A stretch of 62,600 nt of DNA, counting the filler. It is 9 parts of 9 records of this genome, joined end to end, with 100 filler letters (N's around TTAATTAATTAA, not from the genome) between each part and the next. Parts side by side here need not be neighbours in the genome. Positions count along the whole stretch, not along the records: positions 43,424 to 47,742 come from SRR7504441_188; positions 47,843 to 57,152 come from SRR7504441_195; 7 more parts are not named here. One strand, 5' to 3'. The notes below the pieces were generated by a model, which searched no databases, was not told where the DNA came from, and saw nothing but the letters and a program-made list of their open reading frames with translations. Of this stretch, positions 43,424-55,148 are shown piece by piece. How positions within the stretch are numbered: position 1 is the stretch's first letter; the number at the start of each line of letters is the position of its first letter. Made by a program: the position numbers and the translations under genes.

Positions 43424-45318
43424 GGGGGGGCGGCCGGGCCGGCGCGACGAGCGGCGCGGCCGGCCCGGCTCGGCGGTGGCTCAAGTACGTCGTGTTTGCG
43501 GTGGGCTGCCCGTGCACCCCGGCCCACCCCGCGCAGGTGCTCTCGGCCCCGCAGGCGGCGCTCCTGGCCCAGTTCGACGAGGCCAGCGAGCCGGGGCGCG
43601 GGGCGATGCTGGGCGACCCTGAGCAGGCGGCCCAGCTGCTGCACGGGCTCTTCCAGCTCTTCCCGACAGGGTCAGCGCGCCTGGTGGCCGTGCCGGAGCC
43701 TTGGGCAGCTGCGTGGAGGCGGCGGACCTTCTCCGGGGGCTGGAGCTGCTCAGAGGTGGACCGCCCGGGTGGGAGCGGCTCACTGGTGGGGCAGGTGCGC
43801 TGGCGGAGCACCCATGGAGCTGCCGGCTGTTCCGGTCGATGCGGCTGCTCAATCCGCTTAAGCGGTCCGTACCACCAGGCCCGGCTGAGTTCAGGGCAGG
43901 CTGCACGCACTGCTGTGCACGTGCGACGACAACCGGATGCTCGCGCTGGCGGCCGAGCTGCACGCCATGATAGTCTGGCCCGGGGTGGCGGGGGGGGGTC
44001 GACTGCCTGCTGGCGGCTCAGGCCGAAGACCTCTGCTGCTTCCTGTGAGACACCCCCCGCCTTGCGGCTGATTCGGCCGCAGCTGCACCAACCTGTTCTC
44101 GGCCAACTGTCCGCTCCAGCTGGCCCACAGCCTGCTCCCGAGCCTCAAGGCCGCCCTCCCGGCCTGCCCGTGTGAGCCAGGCTCCTCAGACTCTCCTCCG
44201 GCACCCGCCGCTCCGGTGCGAGCTCTCCAGCACGCTCCAGCTGCCCGACCGGCTGGTGCCGTTGCTCTCACGCAGCCTGGACGAGTTCGGGCCCACCTCT
44301 GCCGCTGTGACGCGATTCCTGTCGGACTTGGTATACAGGGAGCTCTTGTGCCTCTGGCTGCTCGCGTACGACGCTCAGTCAGCCCGTGAGCTGGCTTCCA
44401 CAGAGCTAGTTCCATGCCTGCTGCGCCTGCTCAAAATGACCAGCACCGTCAAGGTACACGGTCGCCTGCGCCTCCGCTGACCGGTCGCAGGTTGTCCGAG
44501 TGCTGGCAATGCTGTGTGTCAATTTAGTTGGCTGGGCAGCCCACACAGAGAAGCTGCTTGCTGGCGGCGGTCTGCAGACATTCGCCAGCCTCGCGGCCAA
44601 TAACTGGAGCGACCCGGATGTGCCACGCGCTGGCCAGCGCGGGCTCAGGCGTTGGGATAGATTAACGAGAACTTAGTTACGGTGCTCACGGCGATGGCCG
44701 GGCGAGTTAAGACATTGTCGTCGCTCGAGTTGTATTTAGAGCAGCTGCGAAACGGTGCGCCCACGGCCAGGCGTAGCACCATCTGCGGCCGGCAGCTGAA
44801 GAGCTGGACTGGACTGCGGCGAGGCGCAGCAGCTGCTTCTTCCGGGCAAGTGTCCAGATCAGGCTTGTGCATAGCGGCTGGTGACAGGATCACGCGAGGG
44901 ACATTGCCACCGGCGAGGCGGGGATGCTGCTCCGGCGCCTGCTGCGCCAATCGCTGGAGAGCGAGTGCTTCAGGGCCGTGGCGGTCTTGTGCCACGACAT
45001 AGGGCAGGTCTGGCCACTGGCAGATAGGCTTTGTAAATAGAGGGCGTGTGCAAGGTATCGCGGCACCATCCGAAGAGCAAGCAGATTTGGGAGGAGGATG
45101 CCGATGAGTTTGGCGGGGTGTCGACTAAGGAGGCGCGCGGACGAGCGGGGACGGGGGCTGAGTTGGCGCAGGTAGTGCTCCAGCTGATTAGACACGAGTG
45201 CAGCGAGGTGGCCGAGCAAGCGCTGCAGTGTGCGCAAAAGATGATTTGCTCCAATTGGGAGTTTCTAGCCAACAATCTTTTGATGCCTAAAGCACTGGGC
45301 ATAGGCGACAAAACCTAG
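43424..45318 (+). CDS. Divergent V-type ATPase subunit H (5' partial), many short introns including GC-AG
   Basis: Spliced YRELLCLWLLAY, VKVVRVLAM, WSDPDI, TLSSLELY, LDWT, AVLCHDIGQ, HECSEVAEQALQCAQKMICSNW. Confidence 0.8.
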
Positions 45319-45536
45319 TTGTCGGTTTATGCTTACTGTGCTATAATTATGACGATTAAATTCTTAGCTCGTAGTCACGTCGAAAGCGAGCTTCGCCTGC
45401 GTTGTTTATCCGCTAGATCCTGGACCCGAGCCATCACGGGATATCATGCAGCCGCGCACCTGGGCCGAGCAAACGCACCCCCTCTTGCCTTGGCAGCGCC
45501 TGCCGCGTGCTGAATCTAACGGCACCACACGCACTG

Positions 45537-46777
45537 TCACCTGAGCGCGCACCTATCGTCGCCGTCTGATGCCTCGAGCCGGTGCTGCTGCGCGTTCCTT
45601 ACGGTCGAGTTGGTCCGCGCTCGCGAGGCCGGTTTGAGAACCGGGCGGCTCGTGGTCGCAGCGCTGGGCTCAGGCGGCTCGTTCTCCTTCTGGGGCTGGG
45701 CGATCCACTCAAGTTGATCTTTAACGAACGCTTCGTCCGCGTTGAGCCCTTGTTCTTCGTACCTGGCCACGCTGGTTGCGCCCCGAGGCCCGGATCTACC
45801 ACTCCTGTAGCTGGAGGTAGCGGCCGACAATATCAAAGCGGCAGCCTGCAGACCATCAGGCTCACGGGCCTGCGCGGGGGCACCTTGCTGCAGCTTGCGC
45901 ATGCAGAGCGGGCAGATGTGGAGCGGGGCGCCGTCCGACTCCCCGAGGTGGTTGCTGCCGTTCATCAGGCAGCGGAAGTGAATGCAGTGCTTGAGCCCTA
46001 GGATGTGCCCGGCCTCGTGCGTGAGCACTCTACAGCACCGGCGGAGCATCTGCCGCGACTCCGCTTCGCTCATGGGAGCCAGTTGGCCCTCGGGCTGTAG
46101 AGAGGCGAAGCTTCCGGAAGGATCGTACCGTGCGAACGAAAAGACGCCAACTCCATCCATCAACGAGGCTTGTCCGAATACAAAGTTCCACGCATCACCT
46201 GGCACCGTCTGAGCGCCGTCTGGGCGGCGGCGCGCCGTGTTTGATTATATAGAGGTCGTGCATTGTAACTGCCATCACACAGAAGCAGTCGCGCGGCTTG
46301 CGCAGCCGGAGCAGCCCCGCCCGGATCGACCCGGCGTCGAGCTGCAGCTGGCCCTCGTCCCCCACTCGGGCATTGGCCTCAAACTCCTCCATCGGCACTT
46401 GCCCGGGGAAAACCGCCACCCGGAACCCGAAGAAGGCCTCGGCGTAGGCTAACTGTCGCATCGGTCAGCCGGCCCCGCCGAGGCCGCACCAGCGCCGGGA
46501 CCGGGGGCCCCCGGCTGCCGAACTCGCCGAGCGGCACCAGATAGAGCGTGTTGCAGTGCCCGTGCGGCTCGCACCGGAAGCTCCGTCGGTTGAACGAGCT
46601 CAGGCTCTGGCCAGGCTCGTGATGCTCGGCCAGCCACGATCCCGCCGCCGGCCGGCCTGGGAGCCGCTCGAAGCCGGGCGACGGGGTGAAGGCGGCCCGG
46701 TCGGTGCGGGACAGCCCGGTCAGCGGCCCGATCGCCGCCACGGTCTGCTGGGCCGACGGCCGGTGGAACTTGGGCAT
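45537..46777 (-). CDS. Archaemetzincin-like zinc metallopeptidase (M54, AMZ2-like)
   Basis: WLAEHHEPGQ, VTMHDLY, WNFVFGQAS, GVFSFARY, HEAGHILGLKHCIHFRCLMNGSNHLGESD, CPLC. Confidence 0.93.
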
Positions 46778-46851
46778 GTGTATGGGCACCCTGGTGTGGT
46801 TGAGCAGCGAACCAGAACACAACGGAGTTTAACGGTTTTTTCGAGGCTGCA

Positions 46852-47742
46852 ATGGCCCAGCGGCCGTTGCTGGGCCAGCTGCTGATCCTGGTCGGGATCC
46901 TGGTGTTCGCCTCGCTGGCGCTAGCGGTTCGGCTGCTGGCCGGCCGCGGGGTGCCCTTTCTGCAGGTGAGCATGGTCCGGTACCTCCTAGTCGGGCTGCT
47001 GGCCGGGGCCGGGCTCTGCTGGCTCGGGCTCCCCTGGCTCGGGCTGCCGGAGGAACGGCTGGCGCTTCTGGCCCGGGCGGTGCCTACCCATTCTGTATTT
47101 CATGAGTAGGTACCCCCCAGGTGCTCTATTTCGGAGCTCTCAACCTGTACTACTGGGCGCTTTTGTATATTCCGCTGGGGGTGTGCACCGTCATAGGCTA
47201 CTCCTTTCCGCTGTTTACAGCCGTAGTCTCGCACTTTGGATGGGTAGCCGAGCCCGAGCGACTGACCGTGCTGGGCTGGGCGTGCTGTCTGGCCGGAATG
47301 GCGGGGATCGTGATGGTGGTGGCCCCATGGAGCCCGGAGCAATGGAGCTCGGACAGGCTGGGTGGGTACCTACTTACGCTCGGCTCAGCAGGCTGCTGGG
47401 CGGTGCAAGTGGTCGTTATACGGCGGACGCGGCAGCGGTCGCACTGGCTGCAGGTGGAGATGGTCACTGCACTGGTCCACGCCGGGCTGATGACCCCGCT
47501 TGCCTGGGCCGGCCAGTGGCTCGTGCTAGATTTGACTCACCGGAGCACCGCGGGAGTTATACTCAACCTGAAGATCGGCTGGCGCGACTGGCTCTGGTGT
47601 GTGGCCATCGGAGCGGCCGCGTTTGTGGGGCTCGGCTGCTCGACCAGAGGGTTCCAGCTGGAAGAGGCGCCTCGAGGAGCGATCATAATGTACCTAGAGA
47701 TCCCGTTCATGTATCTGTGTCAATGGCTCGTGTTTGGGGCGA
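46852..47742 (+). CDS. EamA/DMT (SLC35G-like) transporter (3' partial)
   Basis: PFLQVSMVRY, ALLYIPLG..TVI..SFPLFT, E-R motif, FQLEEAPRGAII.YLEI. Confidence 0.88.
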
Positions 47743-47842
47743 NNNNNNNNNNNNNNNNNNNNNNNNNNNNNNNNNNNNNNNNNNNNTTAATTAATTAANN
47801 NNNNNNNNNNNNNNNNNNNNNNNNNNNNNNNNNNNNNNNNNN

Positions 47843-47957
47843 TGGTTTGATCGAGCTGGGTCTCCAGGTCGATGACCATCTCAGCGAGCACCTCCTTCCC
47901 CTGCTGCGCCCCAGACAGCGCGTCCACCATCTCTTTATCCATCCCTTCCGTCGGCAT
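47843..47957 (-). CDS. N-terminal fragment of an unknown protein
   Basis: MPTEGMDKEMVDALSGAQQGKEVLAEMVIDLETQLDQ runs into the contig edge; divergent partner of the next gene. Confidence 0.45.
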
Positions 47958-48054
47958 GGGTGCGCTGGTGCCGTGTGTTGGTCAGATAACGGTGGCGGGC
48001 TGAGAATTCTGAGGATAACGGCTAGCTAGGGGCCAGGTCCAAGGGGGCGGACTG

Positions 48055-49264
48055 ATGCCCAGCAGCAGCAGGGCTCGGGGTGCGGCGGATGGAGAGGCTG
48101 AAGGGAGGGGTCGCAGTGGAGGGGCGCGTCTGTGGTTTGGGTGCCGGCACTGCGGCGAGGTGTTCAGCAGCCCGGTGCGCGCCGGCTGCCGCCCCGGCCT
48201 CACCGGCTGGCCAGCTCGAGCGACGGGCCCACCTGCGGGGCTGCCCGGAGCCCCCGGACCCTCTCCCACCCAGTCATAACCGGCACCTGGCGCCCATCCG
48301 GGCCCAGACCCTGGAATGGGCGGACAATGCCGGCCTGGACTGGCGGGCGCGGGTGCGGGCGGCTGAGCTGGACGCGGTGGGCCTGGCGGCCGAGGCGAGC
48401 GCCCGGTGGGAGACGGACCGGCCTGCAGTGGCGTCGGCCTGGCCGGGCATCCTGGAGCACTGCGGGCCGGAGATGGAGGGGCTGGGCCGGCAGGGGCGGG
48501 CGGGCAAGATGGGGTTTTACATATTCGGGCGAGCGATGGCCGACGCGGTCAGGGAGGCGATTGATCACCCAGAGCGGGAGATGCCCAGCACGGCCCACCT
48601 GTTCGCCGACACCCCGCGCCGGCCGCTCAAGGACCATTCAGAGGCTGGCCGGGTGTGCACGGCAGACCGGCTCGCGCGGCTGGCTGCGGAGGGCTGGATG
48701 GTGGCGGAGCGGACCAGGCTGCTAGATTTAGTCAAGCTGCGGGCCGAGCTCGAGGCTGTGCTGCCTTACCTCCAGAGCAACGACCCTTCCGGGTGCACCA
48801 ACGCGCTCGGGGGCAGCTTCAGGCACGAGAGTGTCCGGGGCGCGCTCAGGCAGGCTGTCGATCTGCTCGTCGGAGTGGGATTCAGAGCGGCCCAGGCGCT
48901 CGGGATGAGGCTGGTGGTGCCTTCGGAGATCATGGTCAGCTGCTACAGGGCCGGGCACCACTACCGGCGGCACTTGGATAGCTACGGACCTCGGGACAAT
49001 CCGCGGGCTCTCACTGCTATTCTTTACGTGAATCCGGGCTGGCAGCAGACCGAGCCGGGCGAGGGTGGGCTGCTGCGGGGGTGGTCGGGGCGGGGTCCTG
49101 GCGGGGAGGTGGTGTTCGAGGTGCTGCCGGAGTCTGGGAACCTTGTTCTGTTCAATTCGAGGGAGGTGTGGCATGAGGTGGTGGCCAACAAAAGGCGGCC
49201 GGAGGAGCCGGCCAGGATGGCGGTCCAACAGTGGTTTTGGTTTGAAGATTTACAAGCCGAGTGA
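48055..49264 (+). CDS. EGLN/PHD-like 2OG-Fe(II) dioxygenase with N-terminal zinc finger; one intron near 48175-48214
   Basis: Spliced CRHCGEVFSSPLERRAHLRGC; MVSCY..YRRHLD, RALTAILYVN.GW, GGLLR, LVLFNS..VWHEV, R.A...W. Confidence 0.85.
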
Positions 49265-49369
49265 ATTCATAGTATAGGTGTATAGTAGAGCGCTTCTGGT
49301 GCGACCGATCAACAAAACAGGTGTTTAATAACTATAATTAAAATACTTTTGGTTCAGCTCTAGCTTTGC

Positions 49370-51322
49370 TCAACGAAAGTCCGAGAGTCTATCCCTACTA
49401 GGCAGGACCCGCTGAGATATCCACAGCCCATTTCACATGTATTCAGTCGTTTGTTTCTCTGCCGCCACCGTCTGTTCAAGAGCTGCATTATCGGGCTGCT
49501 TGGGCAGCACGTATTGCGCCGTCGTCTCTTCAGGGCCTTTGAGTCGACCCAACTGTCCGTCTCCCATCAGCTGATACCTTGGCGATCCCTGGCTCCAGCG
49601 CGGCCGGACCACGCTAGTGCCGCCGGGGTCGCTCTTGCTCAGCTGGCCCTCGAGCTGCCGGTAGTTGAGCTTCCCGCTCTTTTCCGGATCGTAGTAACTT
49701 ATCAGGCTAGTCAGCTGACTAGGCGGCAGCTTGCAGCCCACGATCCTGAGCACTGATTCGCGGCTCAGCTCAGCTCTGGGTCGGGCAGGCACCTTGCTTG
49801 AGCTCGTCGTGTGACAGTATATCGGATCCGTCTAGATCCATCCGACGGAACAGGTACACGAGCTCGGCTTGGTGCGGTTTGAGTCGATGCATCGCCGCCC
49901 TCGCTTCGACAGGCATCTCACAGCAGGCCGATTTGGTCCCAGTCGACAGCGTAATCTGTCGAGTCTGCCCCGGGACGGCTCAGCCGGCCAGTCTGTCCGC
50001 TGCAGACCTGCTCGGGCAGTCGGCCGATTGTCTTCGGAACAGGCTGGTGAGTCAAGGTCTCAGTGCTTCGACCGGAGAGCTTTGAAACGGCCGGGCCCCG
50101 ACTTGAGCCGCCGTCCCCAGGGAGCGCGGTGCTGTGCAACGGAAGATGCCCGTCCGGGTTTCCGGCTAGCCGCTCGCGCTGGTCAGCGGCCCGCAGCCCG
50201 GCACTCCAGCGAGCATGAGGCGAGGAGCTCTCGGGCTTACGACACTTGACTGGGAAGGAATCCAGGTTGAATTTACCCAGATCGGCCACCGCGTACCATC
50301 CCTGTGTCGCTGGCCGCAGGCTCACCTGTGTGCTCCGGTCAGTCGCAGCGGCGCCCGCTCTTTCACCTCGGTGCCAGGCTTGTCTGACACCATCTTCGTT
50401 GGAGGCTGCCGCAGCCGAGGCGACATGGTGACCGCCGCCTCCTCCTCCTTGCGGTACCTGCCCTGCGCTCAGCCCGCGCCCGCCCCGGCCGGCCACCGCG
50501 GCACGCTCTGGGTGTTCCAGCGAGGCTTGTCCGGGCCTGCTGCCCGCCCAAGAGCCCTCTGGAACTCGTTGTACTGAATTCGGCCGGATTGATCGGCGTC
50601 CAGATAACTGCCCCGCCCGCATCAGTCCGGCCCGCCGGGCACGCTCCACCGGAAGAGCGCAGAAAGTTCGGAAGGTAGGAGCTGCAGCCTGAGCTTGTGT
50701 AGGCCCTGCTCTAGCTCGCCTATGGTCACACTGTTCGAAAGGTCGGCGTCCATCTGGCGCCAGAAGTAGGTGCCGCCCATCCCGGCCGCCTTGCACCGCT
50801 GCAGCACCCGCGTGGTCACCGCGTCCATCGTCTGAGGGGCGCTGCGCGGCTTCGCACGAGTGGTGCTCTGACTCCGAGGGGCGGCGCGCTTCGAGGGGGA
50901 CATGGCCCTTTCGAACCGGGTGTCGGTGGGCTTAGCCGCGGTGCGGAGCAGGTGGATCAGGAAGCTCCGGGCGTTGTGCATCGACAGCCGTTGGGTGTCG
51001 CAGTTGGCTAGCTCGGCCAACTGTTGTCGGACTTCTTGGTCCGACAGACTGTCCACGCGCATGGAGATCGAGACGCTGCCCTTGCGGGGCGAGCTGGTCT
51101 CGGGGTAGCTGTCTGTCTCGCAATGCATGTACTTGCGCGGCGGGTTCATCAGCCGCTCGTGCGAAATATCCGCCTGGCCATCAGAGCAGCTGTCCCGCAC
51201 CCGTCAGCCGGGGCGCGCGCACTAGCCGGGCCGCACCGGAGGCCCGCTGACCAGCGCGCCTGGGGCGAAGCGTCACGGGGCCGCCGGCCTGGGCTCGAGC
51301 GGCGGAGGCAGGAGTGCGCCAT
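49370..51322 (-). CDS. EF-hand protein, multi-intron; boundaries approximate
   Basis: MDADLSNSVTIGEL, DADQSGRIQY, MDLDGSD and YDPEKSGKLNY loops. Confidence 0.7.
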
Positions 51323-51435
51323 GACGAGCTGGAAGGCCTCGCGTCGCGCAGGTCGAGCGGAGTCGCGTGCTTCTGCAACGGCCGCACCGGCACTTGCCAG
51401 AGGGGAGAAGGCCCTCTGCGAGGCAACGCGGGACC

Positions 51436-54400
51436 ATGACGCAGGCGGCTGTGGGGGGCACCGCCGAGCACCGGACAGTTCGGATCGTGCTAGTGACTGG
51501 TGGCTGCGTCGCGCTGTGCCTGCAAACCGCCGCCTGCCCTGCTGATCGGCCGGCAGGATGGCGCTGCTGTCGTGGCTCACCTGGCGGCACAGCAGCCAAG
51601 GGGACGACCAGAGCCCAGACTGGCTGGTGTGGAGCTGGTGGGGGTCGGCCTCGCTGGCCTGCAGCCTGGTGTTCCTCCCGCTCTACTTCGCAGTCCCCAA
51701 CGCCCGGCAGACTCCTGGGTGCCGCTGCTGCCCCGGGGCGCGCTGACCGCCTCGGCAGCAAACTCTATCTGTACAGCATTCTGTGCGACGCGATCAGCTC
51801 GTGCGGGTGGGTGGCCGGCTGTGCAGCGCGAGCAGGGCCAGGTTCATCGTCTATGGTGCCACCAACTGGCAGGCAGAGGACTCGCTGGGCGGGGCCACAG
51901 CCCTGATCGTAGGGTTCGACGTATGCTCGAGCATGTGGCGGCTGATGATCTTCGCGGACATGCTGGTGGTGTACAAGAACCCGTTCGACCCGCACCGGCA
52001 CCGCAAAGTGTATCACCTGCTCGCCTGGGCCTCAGGGCTCACTGTAGCTGCGATCACCGCCTCCGATTCAGACCTGATCCAACGGACTTCCGTTGACCAT
52101 GCGGACTGGGACAAGGCCGGCCAGAGCTCCTGGCGGTTCGTGGTGTGTGTGGTGCCGTTCACGCTCGGGGTGCTTCTGAGTGGATCGCTGTTTCTTCTGG
52201 TCAAGACTCTGATTCAGCAGCACAGGACGGATGTCGGGCGACAGGAGTTCGTCGTAGGCATTGGAGAGATCGGCCGGCAGCGCGCTATCAAGCATGGCTG
52301 GTCCGAGCCTGATCCCTCCGGGGCTGATCGGGTGCGGCAGGTATTACTTTGTGTCGCAGTCGATTTTCCTCACGTCGACCATGATTACTTATTTCGTGGC
52401 CAGCGCGGACCCCGACCCTTCGCACGCCAGCTACCGATGGTGCCGCCCAGAGCGCGACGGCTGCTCACCGCTGGCAGGCACTTCCTGACCGCCCAGCTTG
52501 CCGGCCGGCCGACTTGCTCGTTTGTTGCGTGGTGTATCGTGAACGAAGTGCCTCGATGGGCGGCCGGTCGGATGTTCGGGTCGGACAGCTCGGAGCCAGC
52601 AAAGGCCCAGTTCGCGGCTGATCTGTCCGAGCCGTTGGTGGTTGTCGACCAGGGCGACCAGGAGTACCTGGAAGCCCCGAGTGAGGAGACACCTAGCGGG
52701 AGGCACGCAGGGGCTGTTGGTTTGGACCAGGAGTTTATCTACTCGATGCGCAAGGAGCTGCTGGTGCACCTGATTGTTGGGATCGGGCAGGACGCCCGGC
52801 AGGCGGACGAGCCGGGGCTGCTCTCGCCTCAGTCCGTGCACTCGAGCATGGAGGAGGACAGGAGAGGAGCGCAGACACTAGCGATGCAGGACAGGCCATC
52901 GAGCTTCTTCAGGCCATCGGAGCTGCCCTCTGTACAGCAAGCCCCGGCCCCTTTCGACACTGGGTCCGGGGGGGCAAGCCGGCACTGGTTCCGGGGCGGG
53001 CACAACTTCCGGTCGTCGGAGAGGTCCAGCCACAACTACAAGGGTGTGGTGCCTTACGAGAAGGAGACGTTTAGGGAGATCCGATTGTTCTTTGGGATCG
53101 ACAATCGGCACTATGCAGACGCATTCCCGGTGGACCAGAGCGCCAAGGACATCCTCAAGGAGAGTGTGTCGGAGGGGGCCTCGGGCTCTTTCTTCTATCG
53201 GATCGCCGACTCTCCGTTCATAGTCAAACAGGTGGACAAGGGCGAAGTGGACGCTTTGGTCAAGATGTTGCCAGACTACCACGAGCACGTCGAGCACTCG
53301 CACCAGATGGGCAGGAACGGCACTCTGATTCACTACTACGGCGCATTCGCTGTTCAACTGGCCTGGATGGGCTCTGGCAAGGTGTATTTTGTGGTGGGTT
53401 GCTCTCTGGGCGCACGCCGTGACTTGCGGCAGGTGATGCGAAACGTGTTCCCGAACGTGCGCCCTAGCATGATCTTCGATCTGAAGGGAGCCACCGCCAA
53501 CCGGCGCGGGCTGTCAGAGGATGATCTGCATGGTGAGCTCTCTTTCGATAACGACGATACCAGGTCGGCCTGCACGCAGTCTGGCGACTCAGTCATTGGG
53601 CAGTGACAAGTTTGGGGACGCTGGTGCGCGCCGGCGAGACATTCCGGCGCTTCGGGACTGGGAGTGGATGGACATTGCGATGAACCTCAAGATGGACCCG
53701 ATGGACATGGACCGCGTGATGGGTGGCTGCCTGGCCTGGCCTGTACTGGCTGGATTTGGGGCGGCAGCTATGGTGGCCAATGACGTGAACTTCCTTCGTC
53801 GGATGAAGTTTGTGGATTACAGCCTGCTGATTGGAATCAGGCGGCTGACCGGTGCGGCCGGCTACATGTAGCCCCGCCCTGACACACTGGCGTGCAGGCC
53901 GGACAGCCAAGGAACGCGACCTTGAGGGTGGCAGGATCCTGGAAGAGTGACTGCCCTAGCTTTGCGCTACAGCCACCTCCTGAGCCGGGGGCAGCTGCGG
54001 CTGCGGTCGGTATGGCAAGCAGGGGTTCGCCTGGCGCTCGGACGATCGCCAGAAGGTGTACATGATTGGCATGATCGACGTGCTCAACCCTTACGACATC
54101 CGCTGGCAGGCCGCGCCCAGCAAGTGTGCGAGTCTGATCATGTGCGGCAGGCGCAGCACTGTGTCCTCAAGGCGCTCTACTGTGTCGGCTGTAACTTCAC
54201 TAGAGGGTTTGGGATCTCGGCGCTCCCTCCAGAGCAGTATGCCGCCCGGCTGCGAGCATTTGTCCGGCGCGAGGTGGACTTAGCTCGGGGGTGGCTGCTA
54301 AATAATAGGCCCTCAGGTGTTCCGGCGAGAGTTCCCAGAGCCCGAATCGGGAGACGATGAGCCACGGTGCTGCCATCTGCCAGCCAGCCGGGATCTCAGG

Positions 54401-55031
54401 GGACAGCTGGATATCGCTCTGGCTGCGCAAGCGGCGTGGGCTGGTGAGGACACGGATCCAGGCATTAGGCCGGGTGGGTGAATCTGAGTCTAGGCGCAGA
54501 TGGAGCTTCAGGACAGCGAGCAGCGGATCCAGGAACTTGCGGCTGAGATCGACTCTCTCAACGCGCAGCTCAAACCTCACCGACCGTCCGGAGGGGCGCG
54601 GCTGGAGAAGATGCAGCTGCGGTCAGTCAGGTCGCACTCAAGCGGCAGCCTGACAAGAAACCAGTGGTTTTCGCCCGGGTAAGCACCGCCGGAAGCACTG
54701 CTGAGGGCCTGGGTGCAGCGCGAGTAGCCCTGGGCTCGCTGCGGGCAACCGGAGCAACCAGGGGAGCAGCTCCTCGGCTGACTGGTCTCCGCACTCGCAG
54801 TCCACGGCTGCTGCCCCGGCTGAGGGGCTGCCAACCCTGATTGAAGAGAGCCAGCTGCCACCAGCCCCACCTAGGCAAGCCGAGGGATACAGCACGGCTC
54901 ACCTTGGATGCAGATTGGCCGACGAAGGTATGATGGCTGATGCTCCTTTGATCGAACGAGCCGCCAACTTTGATTCAGATGAGGCGATGGTCACACCACG
55001 CGGCTTTCCAGAGGGGAGCTCTTTAGTATAA
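51436..55031 (+). CDS. GPCR-PIPK fusion (cAMP-receptor-like TM domain + phosphatidylinositol phosphate kinase), more than 10 introns, several GC-AG
   Basis: TM region SASLACSLVF, SSMW..IFAD..KNPF..YHLLAW; kinase motifs FREIR..FGI, SEGASGSFF, FIVKQV, TLIHYYG, MRNVF, FDLKG, DVNFL..VDYSLLIG, GMIDVL, SALPPEQYAARL. Confidence 0.9.
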
Positions 55032-55148
55032 ATTTCAGTATAGCTGCGACTTAGCCTAGAGTTTAGTATGAGTATAAAATTGCTAGATCATTCAATCTTA
55101 TCATTCTAATCATTACACGTAATTACACGGCTCTTAACTTAACTTAAT

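Noticed and set aside
69-55031. In-frame stops and frameshifts as pseudogenes, programmed frameshifts, selenocysteine or an alternative genetic code
   Set aside because: Every break I traced is resolved by a ~35-47 nt GY-AG intron, and genes end in TGA, TAA and TAG normally
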